Shown here in pieces: positions 41,931 through 58,245 of a stretch of 64,000 nucleotides of DNA. The stretch lies in the NCBI RefSeq assembly GCF_009914755.1, contig NC_060930.1; one strand, given 5' to 3'. This stretch comes from the human T2T-CHM13v2.0 reference genome, Homo sapiens. The notes under the pieces were generated by a model that searched no databases, was not told the DNA's origin, and worked only from the letters and a program-made list of their open reading frames with translations. The stretch's first letter is position 1; each line of letters begins with the position of its first letter. A program made the position numbers and the translations under genes.

Positions 41931-44900
41931 GAGCTTGGGGCCATGGCACTGTCACTGGGCTTGAGAAATTCAGCCTTGTCTCATAACATCTGACTTAGGA
42001 TGTCCTGTGGTTTAATACTTCTCTGTGGGAGGATAGGTGTTTAATGGAGCAAAAAGAGAAGTGATATCCATGGGCAGGACTAAGGTGTATGAAGGGAAGA
42101 GTAAGAAAGCCATAGGTGCCTGGAGCCAAAGATATCTGGAGAGTTGCCTTTCCCCCCATGGAGAAAGGCCATGCATGGAGCAGGCCTTTGCATTTTTATG
42201 GGGTCTGTTTAGGGCAGAGCCTTCTAACACCAACTCTTGATTTGTTGAGATTGTTTGACCCTGTTGTTATGCATGCACATACCTGTCATCGTAGGATGAT
42301 CCCACGTAGCTGCAGGGGTGAAGGAGGTATCCAGTGGATGTTAGAGTCCCTTTCTGTCTTGCTTTCCCTTTTTTTTTTTCTCTTCTTTTCCTCCCATTAA
42401 TAAAATTGGCAACTCCATTGCACTTATTTCCACTTTCGTATGTGCTCTTACCTATAGTTTTGGAGCCTTTGCTATGGATCTAGCAGAGCAGATTATACAC
42501 GTCCATGGAGTCTGGGAGTTTTCTACCACAGAAATGACTCATTTTCACCCACTGCAATGGTTAAGTAGCTGGTTTTCTTGACAGTGCTGGAAGATGCTTA
42601 TGATCGGTTTATTATAGAGGAAAGAGAACTGGATTAATATCCAGGAGGCTTGAATTTGGGCTCTAGTTCTTAGTATTATTCTTTTTTGTAATATTTTCTT
42701 CTTTTTTTTTTCTTCTTTTTTGTAATATCTTGTTCAAGCCACTTAACCAAATTTCTAGGTCTCCTTCCTTGTCTGGAAACTGTATTGGCTAGATCAGCAT
42801 TTTTCAAAAAGTTACTACTTTTCCAAAATGTTCTGCAAGAAAAGGCCGTAGAAGCACTTTCTATTCTATTCCTCTCTTTGAGGTTTACAAATCTTTCTCC
42901 TGTTAATGCCCTGACAAGGCCAGAAGTAAAGAAGCCTGCTAACTTGGTTCAGCAGAGTTTGAACTGACTTTTACTCTCTAACCCCTTTTGGCTGAAACCC
43001 CCTTGTGTCAGACCCAGGCCTCTCTGCCCCCACACCCACTCCTGAACCTTCTCCTGTTGTCCTCATAGATCAGGGGAGGGACCCTAGGAGGCTGCGTTTC
43101 CAGCTGCTCTGCTCTTCTGTGGCTCCAGCTCTCTCTGGTCCCCATCTTATGCTAGGGACCCCTTGGCTCTCCTCCCTCCTTCATAAGAGGGAACGTGGCT
43201 TCCTGCAGTTGCCAATCCATGGGCTGCCTCACCACGACCTGCTTGGCCGTGTAGCCCTCCCGCTTCTGTGCCACCAGATCCCTGCATTAAATCCCCTCTG
43301 TTGTAAACTCTTGCAGAAGGTTCTCTGTTCCAGGTTGGACCCTCATTGCTAAAGGCTCTTAATTCCCTGGAACACAGTTGAGAAACCCCAGGCTAGATAA
43401 TTCCCAAGACGATTCTTTTTAAATTTTTTGGTAATGCAGCTTAATTTGACACATTGACGTATAAGGAACAGCTTAAAGTGTACAGTTCGATAAACTTAGA
43501 CATAGGTAGGCATGGCTGCAACCATCATGGCAGGGAAGATGGTGAACACATTCTGAGCTACACTTTAAAGCATCTCCTGTGCTAGGGAATGAAATCATCA
43601 CTCCCAACACACAGGAAGTGCTGTGCAAAGTCCCATCTTTCATCGACACCTTGGCTCTTCTTGCTTTTCTCTTACGGGCTTTGTACATCCTTAAGAATGG
43701 AATTTGCTGAAGATCCTCATGGCTTGTTTTCTTGGATCAGAGAACCATGGGGTCAAATCTTCATAGGGTCAAGCCTGCTCTTGGCAACTGTGATTGACCT
43801 TTACCCTATGTCTCACTTTCCACATTGATTTTGGGAAATAATAATAAAAATAGGCAGACTTCTTTTCTAATTTTGGAAGCAAGTGTCTGGGGGTAGTTTT
43901 GCGTTGTGGTGACCCTGTCAGCATTTTGTTTCTAAAGACTGTAATTTAGAAGATTTGATCCTGCCGGAACACAGCACAAAGATGCTTCCCTGTGTTTCTG
44001 TTTTAAATTTGGGCAATTTGGGTAGGGCACAAATCCAAGAACTCTAGGAAAGTAGACTCCAATTTACCCCTGACATTTTCCCTATGCTCATCCTTCTCCA
44101 AATATTCTGGAAGCTTAAATAGAAACTGCATTTTTTTCTGCACAAAAATACAAGTACTGTATTTCTTTATGGCCTTTTGCCTTAAAGAATGGCTGATGTC
44201 ACTTATTATCCTATTATCTCAGCAAGGCAAATACTTACACTTTTACAGCTGCAGATACATAAAAGTTCTTACTTTTACAGTAAGAACTAGTAGATAGTAA
44301 GATAGGGGAGAATTTGGAGGTTTTTGGAGAAAACTAATATTTAGAGCAATGTTAACTGAATGTTCCAAATAGCACCCAGTCATGTAATAGAACAGTTTTG
44401 TGAAATAACTGTCCCCTACCTGCCCACCATTTGGGGAGGTTACTCTTTCCTTCCCACTGTCTTCTCTGCCCTTGTGGTCTGACTTCCATCCCCATCCATC
44501 TGCTGAAAGTGTTTCGTTGAAGGCAGCTAATGACTGTCCTGAGTCTTCATCCTCCTTTCCAAAAGCCTTGATCATGTTGACGATGCTTTTTTCCCTACTG
44601 GGCTATTTTTTAGCGCTTCTAAAAAATCCTCTCCTTAGTTTCTACAACACTGCCTGCTCACTCTTGGTTCCTTTCCTGTCTTGAAGACTGCTGCTGTATT
44701 TGGGGATATTTTCTGAAATACAACAAAAGATTCAGAAGGGTTGGCCTGTGGCATGAGACCTGCACACTGGGCTGAGACAGGACACAGGCAGGGAGCTGGG
44801 CATAGGGAGGAGGTCACACCCAGTTGCAGGAGTAAAGAGAGAACATGTGGCCATAGGTCAGGATGATGGGCAGGTACCAGGCTCCCAGGTGACCTGCCAC

Positions 44901-45059
44901 CAAGGCTCGGTGGCCTGGTGGTAGCTGTTGGGTTCAGAAAGTCAGATGCATCTGCAGAGATGTCCCCCAGCTGTGAGTGCCTCCTCACGTGTTTGCCTTC
45001 TCTCTTATGACCCATCTGTTCAGAGCATGCGCCAAGTGTGGTCCCATCCCAGACTCATG

Positions 45060-45445
45060 CAGCACAGCTTTTCTCAAACTTTGTGCAACAACCACTTGTT
45101 TTTCAAATTTTTTAGTTTTTGTGGACCCATACTTTTGGGTCCACGAAAATTCATTACAAGTGCATTCGTAGAAAAATGACATGGAAAAAAACCCAAAATA
45201 TGTTCAAAATCAAGCCTCAACTTTTAATCATTAGATTCCATTTGTAGAAAGTTGTCAGTCAGCTTGCTGTTAAACCATCTAAACACTCCATTTCTGTACT
45301 CTCATTGCAAGCTGGTAACAAAGTTTGTGGATCAGCACAGATCTATTAACAAGCAGCTTCTTGGACCCCACCCTGACTCGGGGGATTTGGGTGTGGGAAT
45401 CTGCACTTCGACAAGCGGTGACTGAGGTTTGGGAACCACAGTGCT
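45060..45445. mobile_element. Degenerate hAT/Charlie-type DNA transposon remnants
   Basis: cagcttttctcaaact start and MER5-like gggaatctgcactt...tttgggaaccacagtgctag end. Family uncertain. Confidence 0.45.
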
Positions 45446-45449
45446 AGTT

Positions 45450-45930
45450 ACTCAGGCTTAACTTCAATCTTTGCCCTCTCGCCCACATCAAGTCAGTTGC
45501 CAGGCTTAGTGATCCTGCTTTTGAAATCTCTTACTCCCATCTTCCCATCATCTTTTCCATCTATCCCTAAGTTCCCTGCAGAAGGTCTTTATAATCGTTG
45601 GCCTTGACTTTTGCACTGGTCTCTCTGCTGTGAATCCCTCCCTGCATCCCTGACAGGCTGGCTTTTCTGTGGTGCAGGTGTGATCTGTTAGTCCTCCTCC
45701 ATCACCTTCATTGGCTCCTGTGGCCACTAGATTAAGCTGATGTCTCTGAGGTCCACCCTGTCCATCTCTTCTACTCATCTTTCCATATGCTGTTATCCAG
45801 CCAGCACACTCTGCTCTGTGATTTTGCCTATTTACCTGGTGAAACTGCCCACTGCCACATTCTCAATTCTGTTTTTTAAACCCCAGTTCAAATGCCATCT
45901 CGTTAAGAAAGGCTTTCTGAAATTTGCTTA
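45450..45930 (+). mobile_element. L2 remnant
   Basis: cccacatcaagtcagttgccagg...ccccagttcaaatgccatctc. Confidence 0.55.
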
Positions 45931-46016
45931 CCCATGTGCCATGGCTCTTTAGAAGAACATTTGGGGCCAAATGACAGGGGACTTGTCCTATGCAGAGAGG
46001 CATGGAGCAGCATTCT

Positions 46017-46468
46017 TTATTATCATTATTATTATTATTATTATTTTTGTAGAGACAGGGCCTCTCTGTCACCCAGGCTGGAATGCAGTGGTGCGATTAT
46101 AGGTCACTGCAACCTTGAACTCCTGGGCTCAAGTGATCCTCCCACCTCAGCCTCTTGAGTAGCTGGACTACTAGGCGTGTACCACCATGCCTGGCTAGTT
46201 GTTTTAATTTTTTGTAGAGATGGGGTCTCATTATATTGCCCAGACTAGTCTCAAACTCCTGGGCTCAAGTGATCCTCCCACCTCAGCCTCTTGAGTAGCT
46301 GGACTACTAGGCGTGTACCACCATGCCTGGCTAGTTGTTTTAATTTTTTGTAGAGATGGGGTCTCATTATGTTGCCCAGACTAGTCTCAAACTCCTGGGC
46401 TCAAGCGATCCTCCTGCTTTGGCCTCCAAAAGTGCTGGGCTTACAGGCATGAGCCACCAGACCCAGCC
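46017..46468 (-). mobile_element. AluJ with a 136-bp internal tandem duplication (three arms) and a (TAT)n tail
   Basis: Units 46118-46253 and 46254-46389 differ at one base. TSD gagcagcattct (46005-46016, 46471-46482). Confidence 0.95.
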
Positions 46469-48719
46469 TAGAGCAGCATTCTAATTTCTGATGCCTGTTT
46501 GCAGCTGAGCTGCATGAGGCTTCAACGAAGGAGTTGGAGGTCTGAAGTTCCAGCGTTGGCTCTGCTACCCCTCAGCTGTGGGATTTGGTGAATCACCTTC
46601 AACACTGACTTCTCTGATTCCTATCCTATTAAAATGTTTTATTCATCTTTGACACATCCCTCCTCCCCCCAAGTGCTTAGCATGGTGCCTTTCCTTCATC
46701 GATACCCAATAAGTGCACATTGAATAAATGTCAGTTTCTCAAAAATAAAACTGGTGTATGCCGTCTCCTTCCATTCTCTCATTACAAATAACATCAAGCA
46801 TTTGAATGAGAGAATTATAAACTGTGAAGCATGTGTGCTATTATAAGAAATGCTTATTAAGTTCTGTATGTGGCAGTGGTTATAAAAAGGGAAAAGAGAA
46901 GTTACCTTCTTGCAGGGTTTATGTTCTGTGACTTTCTAAATTTTTTTAAAGGCTTTGGGAAGAAGAAATATTATTTTCCTTCTATCTGATGTCATTATGA
47001 CTTTAATAAGTATGAATACAAGTCAGAAAGACATGCCGCTGAGTCTCAATTTAAATTTCCTGGTTGTGCCAGGCAGAAAGCTTCGAGCTTTCATGCATGC
47101 AAGGAGGCACGACTCTTCACGCAGGTGCCGTTGCAGAATACTTATCTTGTCAGCTTCCACTTCAGGCTGGTAGGCTTGGCATACATTGTGAAGGTGTTAG
47201 ACATTCTGTTTACATAAGGACTGAGGGGTGACATAATGTCTATTGAAGCAAAGTCACTTAGCTCCCCGCTAGGCAACAGGGAGCATTTAAAAACTGAAAA
47301 CTGATCAAAGCCATGGGCAGGATTGAGATACCTTTACCCAGGGGGCGGGTGGTCTCTTGGTTCGTTGCCCGAAACAGATGTGCATTATTGCTTCACTGTA
47401 TTTCCAGACCATTGGTGAAATGAATCAGGCAGAATTAAACCCTGAGTGGCCAATCCGGAGAGCCTGCTTAAGTGGGCACAAGTGTGTCCAAATAGGTTGG
47501 AAAAAATGTCAAATCAGAGTAGGCGCATACAAGATGTGATGTTTCTCTTTTTATAGACTGCTATAAAAGTTGTTTAAAATTAAACAACCCTTCAGTACTT
47601 AAATTATGTATAATGAGACAGGTAGGTCCTGGAACAGAGATCTTTCCCCCCCTTCTTATCCCACTTAAATTTTGCACTCCCTACCAGAGTATGTGAGATA
47701 TAAACACTTTCATTTCCAGGATATAGTGTAGTCTTAGGATGGAGCAAAGGGAGAGAGAGAGATGGCTTGACATAGACCACAGAAGTAGCAAATATCTTTC
47801 ACATTTTATTCCATGAACTTCAAGGATGTAGCCAAGGGAAAAATGAAAATAATTTCAGATGCATCTGTCCTATCAAGTGGTAATCTTCTGTATTTTACAC
47901 TTCCAAAATATATGTAGATATAGAGGAAGGTGTATTCTATAGTGTATACTCCCTCTACCCCCCTCCCAAATAAGTAGTTTATTGCTGTTTTGCTTTTTAT
48001 TTTGGGGGGCTGTATTTAGGAACGAACAATAGTATATAATGTTGCATTATTCAGGGTTGACAAGGTTAATGTGTCTTGACAATCGAAATATCTGTGCCCT
48101 TTTTTTCCATTTGGCCGGCTTCTGTTAGAATCATTTATCTTGTGCCTGTAGGATGCAATCTAACTAGGGCACTGCTATTCTCCTCTCAGTGTTGGATGAC
48201 ATGAGATGCTCTTTTCTGAAGCCAATGGATTGGGCATCTCTGATTTCTTGTTCACCTAGAGGACTTTGTTTTCAGGGCAGGATAAATGCTTGTTTATTCT
48301 CATGCATGCATGCTCTCCCTCCCTCTCTCATTGAGCGTGATGTTTTCGTGGCCCCTTGGTGCTTGAGACCTGGCTCATAGGAAGCTGAACTCAGAATCAA
48401 AACTTCTCCTGAGGTGCCACCTAGCATCACTAACCCCAGAGATGACCGGGGTAGCCCTGTTAACACTACACAAATAAAATATGTCACCAGAACATTTCAC
48501 TGAGATGAGGAATTTATTTCCATGATTCTCTAAGGTTCAACTATAGTACATGCTGCTTTTTCCTACTGGGCAGCAAACATGTTTTACTAAACTCTTACCT
48601 AAGTGCTTTCTGTTTACAATTCCACAATGAATTCCTGTCTTCCTTCATGTTGATTTCTACAAATATTGTGATTTACTTCCACACCTTTTTGAGGAAGCAA
48701 ATTCCAAGTTGTGATGCAT

Positions 48720-49420
<701 letters not shown>

Positions 49421-50018
49421 CCTCAGGCTGCTTGTTATCTGCCCTGAGCATGGGTGGTCCAGGAGTCACCCAGAATTTAGGACCATAACTCTCTTCATCT
49501 TTCCTTTCTGAGGTTCCCTTCCTTTCTGGGATGCCCCAGATCTGTTCTCTGATTCTCCGGGCAGAAAGACTGTTGGTTTCCTGTTGGCATTCCTGCTGGC
49601 CAGCCTGGTGCAGACCAGGCCCTCCCTTTAAGCCAGAAGTCATGAAATTGGGAAATACATACAGTGCTGTTTCCCGCCTCCAGTATCAGTGCCCAGAATG
49701 TGCCTAGTTTTGGTCAATCTCCAGTGCCTTCAGGTAGCTGGGTGTTATTTTTTAAAAATCATTTTTGCCAGAGTTTATGTTTCTAATCTGTGGGAGGGTC
49801 AGTCCAATAGGATCGTATTGGCCATTGCCAGAAATGGAACTCTGTTCATTGTTTTAATAATTTTCTGTGTGTGGAATGCCCAAAAGATCTATTTATAAAA
49901 GGATTTCAAATAGCCTATGAAGGAAAAAGTGTATAGGTCCTGTTGCTGCATTGTGTTATGTTCTGGGAGATGCAGTGACAGTGTGTCTCTAAAAAAATGG
50001 CATCTAAGGACTACTTGA

Positions 50019-50307
<289 letters not shown>

Positions 50308-50384
50308 TGAATAAAAGGTTTTTAAACTCAGGGAGTGTCTTCAGTGTTAGACATCACAGAGTTAATTTGGTTGTCCAGTGTTTA

Positions 50385-51180
<796 letters not shown>

Positions 51181-51917
51181 CCCCCCTCCCGTTTAATCTG
51201 TATTTACAGCATTTGAGGGTCTTTTTGAAATTTTAAAATAGTTTACATTTTTTCTTTCCTGCAATTAAATTTAGACTGTTTAACCAAGAGGGGCAATTAG
51301 GTGACAAATTTGTGAATTGCACCCAAGAGATGAAAACTTGTGGAAAAAGTACTAATTCCAGTAACTAAAATCTGAAAGGTTACGATTTAAATAGACATTT
51401 AAATAGACTTAACCCGATCCTCCTGGAACTCTTTCCCTCATTCCTCCTTACAATTAAAAACACACCTTTGTGAGCTGGTTGCTTAGAATTAGGAGTGTCA
51501 TCTGCCGTCACGGTGCAGACGGTATTCGCGTCTTTGAAGCTAGTTGGCCCACGGGAAACTTCATCAGTGAGCTGGGCCTTGTTCACAGGTGCTCAGCCAC
51601 CTGAAATGACCAGATTGAAATCCAGCTTCATTTTCCACCTGGTTTGTCTCCACTCTGTTGGCCAACTCACACCTGTTCCAGGTAGCGTGAGAGAGAGCTG
51701 TCATCTCCTGGGGGTGGGGATTGGTCAGTGCCAGCTCAAACCGGTGACACACTCTCCTCCTTTCTACCTTCTGAACGAATCCCATAAGGCCTGGCTCTTA
51801 AGAAAGTTTTATTTACCGAGGACAATCCGCAAAACTTCATTACCTCGGTTCACAAAAACAAGGGCAGCCCTGCGTATGGGAGATGATTTAGAGAAGTTTA
51901 GATGTTCGATGTCAGTG

Positions 51918-52772
<855 letters not shown>

Positions 52773-52839
52773 GTGTTATTTATACAGGGCTTTGTTCCCT
52801 TGGAACCTTTTAAATTGGAGTGATCTGGGATGCTGGCAT

Positions 52840-53070
52840 TTGATTGGCAGGTGCTGGAGTCAGACTGTGTTTGAATATGGGCCTTACCCCTTAGAGAGTG
52901 TTTGGTTTTCGGTGAGTTTTCCTCTCTGTGCTCCAGTTTAGCACTGTGAAATGGAAATAATAAATGCATTGGGTTCTCAGGGTGGTTGGGAGGATTGAGA
53001 TAATACATGTAAAGAGCCTAGCCCAGTGGTTGGTACCTCTTAAGTACTCAGTAGTTAGAAGCTTTTATTA
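52840..53070 (+). mobile_element. MIR
   Basis: tggagtcagactgtgtttgaat...cctctctgtgctccagttt...ctgtgaaatgg...gaggattgagataatacatgtaaag. Confidence 0.8.
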
Positions 53071-54514
53071 GAGTTGTTTGCAATAAGGGGCCATTAAAAA
53101 GATCTTCCTGTTCCATACCTGTCATACTATTTCAGACATCATTCTCTTATGCTAAGAGCAGGAAACCATCAAAAAGAAAACTGGAACAGTTTAGGCAGCG
53201 CTTACTGGGTTTCTGAGGTCTAGAAAGCACTTATATATGATGGACCCTCTGGCACTTGAGCAGCTCATGCTTATGAGAGAAACCTACGAGGCTGAAGCAT
53301 TATGTCAATGCAGGGGAAAATGAAGTAGAACCCTTGGGGGCTATGCCAGTTTGGAGGACCACAAATACCCCGTGAATAAGCTCAGTTCCTACAGTCAGCT
53401 TCTGACTGGGGCGGAGATGTTTCCCATTATTAAGCTTACCGAGGTGAATGATCAAGATTCATTGCCAGTGTCCAGATAATCATCATGTCCTGAGAAATAT
53501 TTCCAATTCCTTAGTCGTGCAATTTCAGAATGTCATGCTCCCATAATTTCCATAGTCCTCTAATGCTCTTGCATCTCACCATACCCCCATCTCTAGGATT
53601 GTGAATTTCCTGCTATGTTATGATGATGTCCTAATCCTGGAATCAGTAGAGGATGAATCTGTCAAAGCAAAAAATCGAGAAATCCTGTATTATTTAGCAG
53701 CATCAGGTGTCTTGGTAAAAGAGGAAAGACCTGTAGTACCACCATTTTGATCTTCCACATTGATGCTACTAGTATTCTACCCTTCAGGACAAGAGCTTAG
53801 CGCTTTCCTGCAGATTTCCATTGTCCACAGTGTGTTTCATCTACAAAAGGCAATCACTGATGAACCCTTGTACCTCCACCGGGGAGGGGTGGAGATCAGG
53901 ATTCCACGTCACCAATATGATTTGCAGAGTATGAAGCTGTGCTTAGCTCGGATTGCCAGTATCAGGAAAATTCAGTATTTTTCTAACCAACTGTTGTTTT
54001 ATCTTATGAATATTGAGACTCTTATAAATGAACATGTTTCTATATTCTTTGGTCACTTCAAAAGTCAGATCAACCTCTCTTTATCATATGGTATTTAGTA
54101 TCCTATATTAACTGTATCTTATTTTCTTGCCCCATTTTCCCTTCATTCCTATTTCCACATATGTTCAATGTTTATTCCATAAAATGGTATTTCTATAAGT
54201 TGTCTCAGATCTATTTTCAGAACGAGGCAGGAGCAAAACGAATTACTGCTCAAAATCAATAATAAATGGTCAAAGGAACTATAGCCTGTTGTCATGGGAG
54301 CCAGTAGGTCCCACACCTATCTCTATGGTCATGCCTTTGGGACTCTCCTCTGAGGATGAGCCTACACCCTGTATTATGTCACCATATGTGTGGGGCTGGA
54401 GTCTTTTGCCAAGTGGTTATGTGTCAGGCACAGCCCTGAGTGCAGACGGGACACCGTGACATTGCCTGGTTGATTCATTGTGAAGGCATCACTACCAGGT
54501 TTGACTTGACATTT

Positions 54515-54695
54515 AACTTTCTTAAAGTATGGTTCATGGATAATGAGCATCAGAATCAATGGAGGGGCTTACTCCCAGAGATTTCAATTTAGTATGTCTG
54601 ATCTGGGACCAAGGAATCCGCATTTTAAGAAGCATCCCAGATGGTTTTTAATCAAGTGGTTCATGGGCCAGATTTTGAGAAGTACTGCCTTAAAG
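54515..54695. mobile_element. MER5-like MITE
   Basis: gcatcagaatc...gggaccaaggaatccgcattttaagaagcatcccagatg...tttgagaagtactg. Confidence 0.7.
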
Positions 54696-56846
54696 GGTTG
54701 GTAGGATTTAAAGAGGCAGAGGTGTGCACTTCAGAGTATAGAACGGGTGGAAACAGAGGCACAGATTCTGGCAATGGGCACAGTGGGTGAGACAGGATGC
54801 TTAAGGGTGGGTGCCATGAACCCTGAGGGTGCTTTTACTCACTGTCAATGCCATTTGTAGATCTACATCAACATTGAAACATTCAACGTCAACATTTGAG
54901 CGTGCTAGCTCAAACATTTAACATGTTGTGTGCCCTTGAACATCTGCGTGCCTACTGTGTGCTGGCTGATTTGCCAGGTGCCAAGGATCCTGAAATACTA
55001 AGGCCACATTCGTCTAAGAGCATGCTGTTCCAAAGGAGAGGCTGACGTGTAGATACATGGAACTTCCGAACTGCAGAGGTACCATGATAGAGATATGTTT
55101 GGGGGAGTATCAATGAGGAAACGATAAGGGCAGGATGAGGAAGCAGAGGAGATCTGAAACTGAAAGCCGAGCAGATATTTTTATTCTTTGGAGTTTCTGA
55201 AATTGTGCAGTGCAGTGTTTTAGCTTAACATTCTCACAGTGACTTTTGCAATAACGATAACTTATTTTTATTGGATGGTTTGCTTGTGTGTTACCTGTCT
55301 TTTTGCTGCTTAATTAAATGACCTATATAAATATAGCAGCCATGACTAGGTGTATCTTGAGATTTTTCCAGCTGGTTCTGGAACTTGAAATTTTTTTTAA
55401 AAAAGTTAAAAGTCCTCTTTGACTTTTTATTCCCTAGTCTTAAAAACAAAATGACCTTTATTTGAAAGATTTAAAATGGCAAGATTTTAAATAACTTGGC
55501 TATTTTTTATTTCTTTTTAAGTCAGGTTTCCATGGTCATCAAACACTTTATGACTAAATATAAGATAACTTCCTCACTCTTGTCCACTTCTGCCCCATTC
55601 TGAGATGTTTGAGCTGTAATTCTGCCCACCTTGCTTCTTGTCCTGAACTGTATTAGCAGTGATGTTGGATGGATCCATCTCAGGATACAGCTTAAGTGAC
55701 TCTAATTTAGAGTGAGAGCTAAAATTCTCAACCTACTTATCCTTGGCTACAACCCAAAGTTTCAAATGTTGTTGGATTACTCTCTTCCCGGCCATATTAA
55801 GCTCAGTGCCTTTGATGTAGCTTCAAGGCAGACTTGACCAAGTGGTATTGCCTCCCGCTGATATTTAGGTGGAAGCCAACACTATAAAAATGAACGTTTT
55901 ACTAAGAGTACTCGCTCTACTACCTGCAAACCCAGCCAGTTGCTCTGCCAAGTTGGTCAAAGAAAGAACTGGCTTGAGAATTGCAAAGTGTGTTCCTCTG
56001 GCAAAGAAATGGAGCTCAGATCAGTCTCATGGGGCTCCCTAACTAAAATGTAGTAGACATGTCAAACACTTTAATTGGAAACTTCCCAAAAATACCCATC
56101 CCAAATGCTTAGTTTATTATAAAAGCAATTTTGTTAAGAAATGAATAACAAGGATGAATCTTTGATATCTTTTTAAGCCTTACTTTATTCTTCCACTAGC
56201 CCATGCACCTGAATTTCTAGGATACAATACCTAACAGTGCAGCAGATATTTCAGAGTATATAATTGGGTTGACACATATATTTTCTGCCTCGGCATTCTC
56301 TATAAGGTTGCAGAAAGATCTGGCGATCTGGATTACACAGAAACATCATTAAATTATATTTACAAATCTCTATGGAACAACCGTAGCATGTTAAGACCTA
56401 TAATGGCCACAGAATTAGACATGGCTTCTGTCCAGTGGAGTCACTTCATTGGGCCAATTACAGATGAACTGGCAATCAGAAGATGCCCAGGGATCTCCTT
56501 AGCCTAATTTTCTTAGTTAGAATGTAAGATGTTTTCTTTGTTAGTCAAGTGAGACTGTTTTTCAAGAAGTCTAATCTGGACCTCTGAGTAATTGATGACA
56601 TAAAATGATGCAGAATCTCAGAAGTTATTTAATGGTGTACCTTTGAATGGTGTATACATCTCCTTCAGCACAATTCTAAGCTGGGGTCCTTTAAGAGCTG
56701 CTTAAACGCTTCCAGCTACAGGAAACTCACTACTTCACAAACACACTTCATTTGAATTTTGTACTGTGATAGTTGATAGCTTTCTACTCAGTGGAATAAT
56801 TTTCTACCTCCTTAAAACTTATTGGTCCTTGGTCATCCTTCTAGAG

Positions 56847-57048
56847 CAGGAGTTGGAACATTTTTCTTAAAGGGCCAAATGGTAAATATTTTCAGCTTTG
56901 CAGGTGTGATCTTTGTCTCAGCTACTCAACTCTGTCATGGCAGTGCGGAAGCAATACTTCAACAAACAGACATGGCTGTATTCCATTGAAACGTTATTTA
57001 TAAAACTAGGTGGCTGGCTCATGAGCTGTAGCTTGGTGACTCTCATTT
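56847..57048 (+). mobile_element. MER58A-like hAT MITE
   Basis: caggagttggaacatttttcttaaagggccaaatggtaaatattttcagctttgcagg...ctactcaactctg. Confidence 0.8.
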
Positions 57049-58087
57049 TAGACCTGTGTAATCTAGGTCCTGAAAATGAATTACTCAAACTCTTAATTCC
57101 AGGTGGGTTCCCTGACATATAAGGGGCACTTGCTCTCCCTTTGTATAGGCTTGATGAGTGAACTAAGAAAGTCTATCTAATGCCATTCAACTAATCTTAT
57201 CAAAGTTTTTAAAGTCCTAGTAGAAATGCATTTGTAACTGGAATTATCTGTGGTTCTAAATACGTACCTCATGTTATTATGGAGTTCAACATAGGTTTTT
57301 TTTTTTTTTTTTTGCTTTTTAGAAGGAGGTCATTTTAATGCTATATAATTTGTTGTGTGTGCCAGAAAGCCATAACTTCAGGAAGGTGCTTTTAGTGTTC
57401 CATCATTGAGCTTTCTGGGATGGGAGGTGGCAATCTGGAGGTGAGAAAGATACAGGTGAACAAAAATCTTTGCCCTAAAAGTGTAGACTATTTTTATGGT
57501 TCTGAATACAGCCCTCCTTTCAGATCCGTGGATTATAATTTAGATATCAGCACAGAATAGCTATCTGAAGCATTGCTCATGTGTTTTCCCCCTTTTCTCT
57601 TGGCTCTTCTGTAGGGCTGTGGTAGTGCCAGCTTATTATCTGCTGGGCATAATAAACACCTACACCTAGCCTCCAGGGATCAAGAAACTGGGTCAGCCAG
57701 GAGTCAGCCTATCATGCTGCAGAAGCTGGTAATATTAAGCCCAGAACCAGCCTCATTTTAAGATTTTACATTATATAATGGTAAGAGCAATGCTGATGTT
57801 AAAAAAAAAATACTGGTTGGAGTCCAAAGTAATTTTAGACATTAAAGAAAGGTTTCAGAACATTTTAAGTAATGTTTATTAAAGCTAGCCCTGACCTCAA
57901 TCAAGCACCTGCTACTTAATTGATCAAATGGTCACTGGTAAGCCCTGTCTCTTCTAAAGTGACTTCGCCCCAAGTCATCCACTGACCTTTGCTCAGCACT
58001 TTCTCCAGAGACGAGAGAGTGCACAAGAGGAAATGAAAAAACAGATTTGGTGGGAATTGTTGTTCCTGGTTGAAATGAAATGTATGT

Positions 58088-58245
58088 ATCCCTGCTACCC
58101 AAATGTGGTCTGTGGACCAGCAGCAGCTGCCCCACTAGGGAGCGTGTCAGAAATGCAGCATCCCAGGCACCTTTAGATTAGAAACCTGCATTTACAAGAC
58201 CCCTAGGTGATTCATAGGCACAGTAAGGTTCGAGAAGCACTGATC
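58088..58245. mobile_element. MER5A-like MITE
   Basis: tgctacccaaatgtggtctgtggaccagcagc...tcagaaatgcag...aggtgattc...gagaagcactg. Confidence 0.75.

Noticed and set aside
45116-45149. Hairpin GTGGACCCA-tacttt-TGGGTCCAC considered as an RNA gene or iron-responsive element
   Set aside because: Too short for a pre-miRNA, lacks the CAGUGN loop of an IRE, is intronic, and probably belongs to a DNA-transposon remnant.
58132-58144. CTCF-like CCACTAGGGAGCG
   Set aside because: It has a mismatch in the core and lies inside a MER5 MITE whose consensus already resembles it, so it is too weak without ChIP data.
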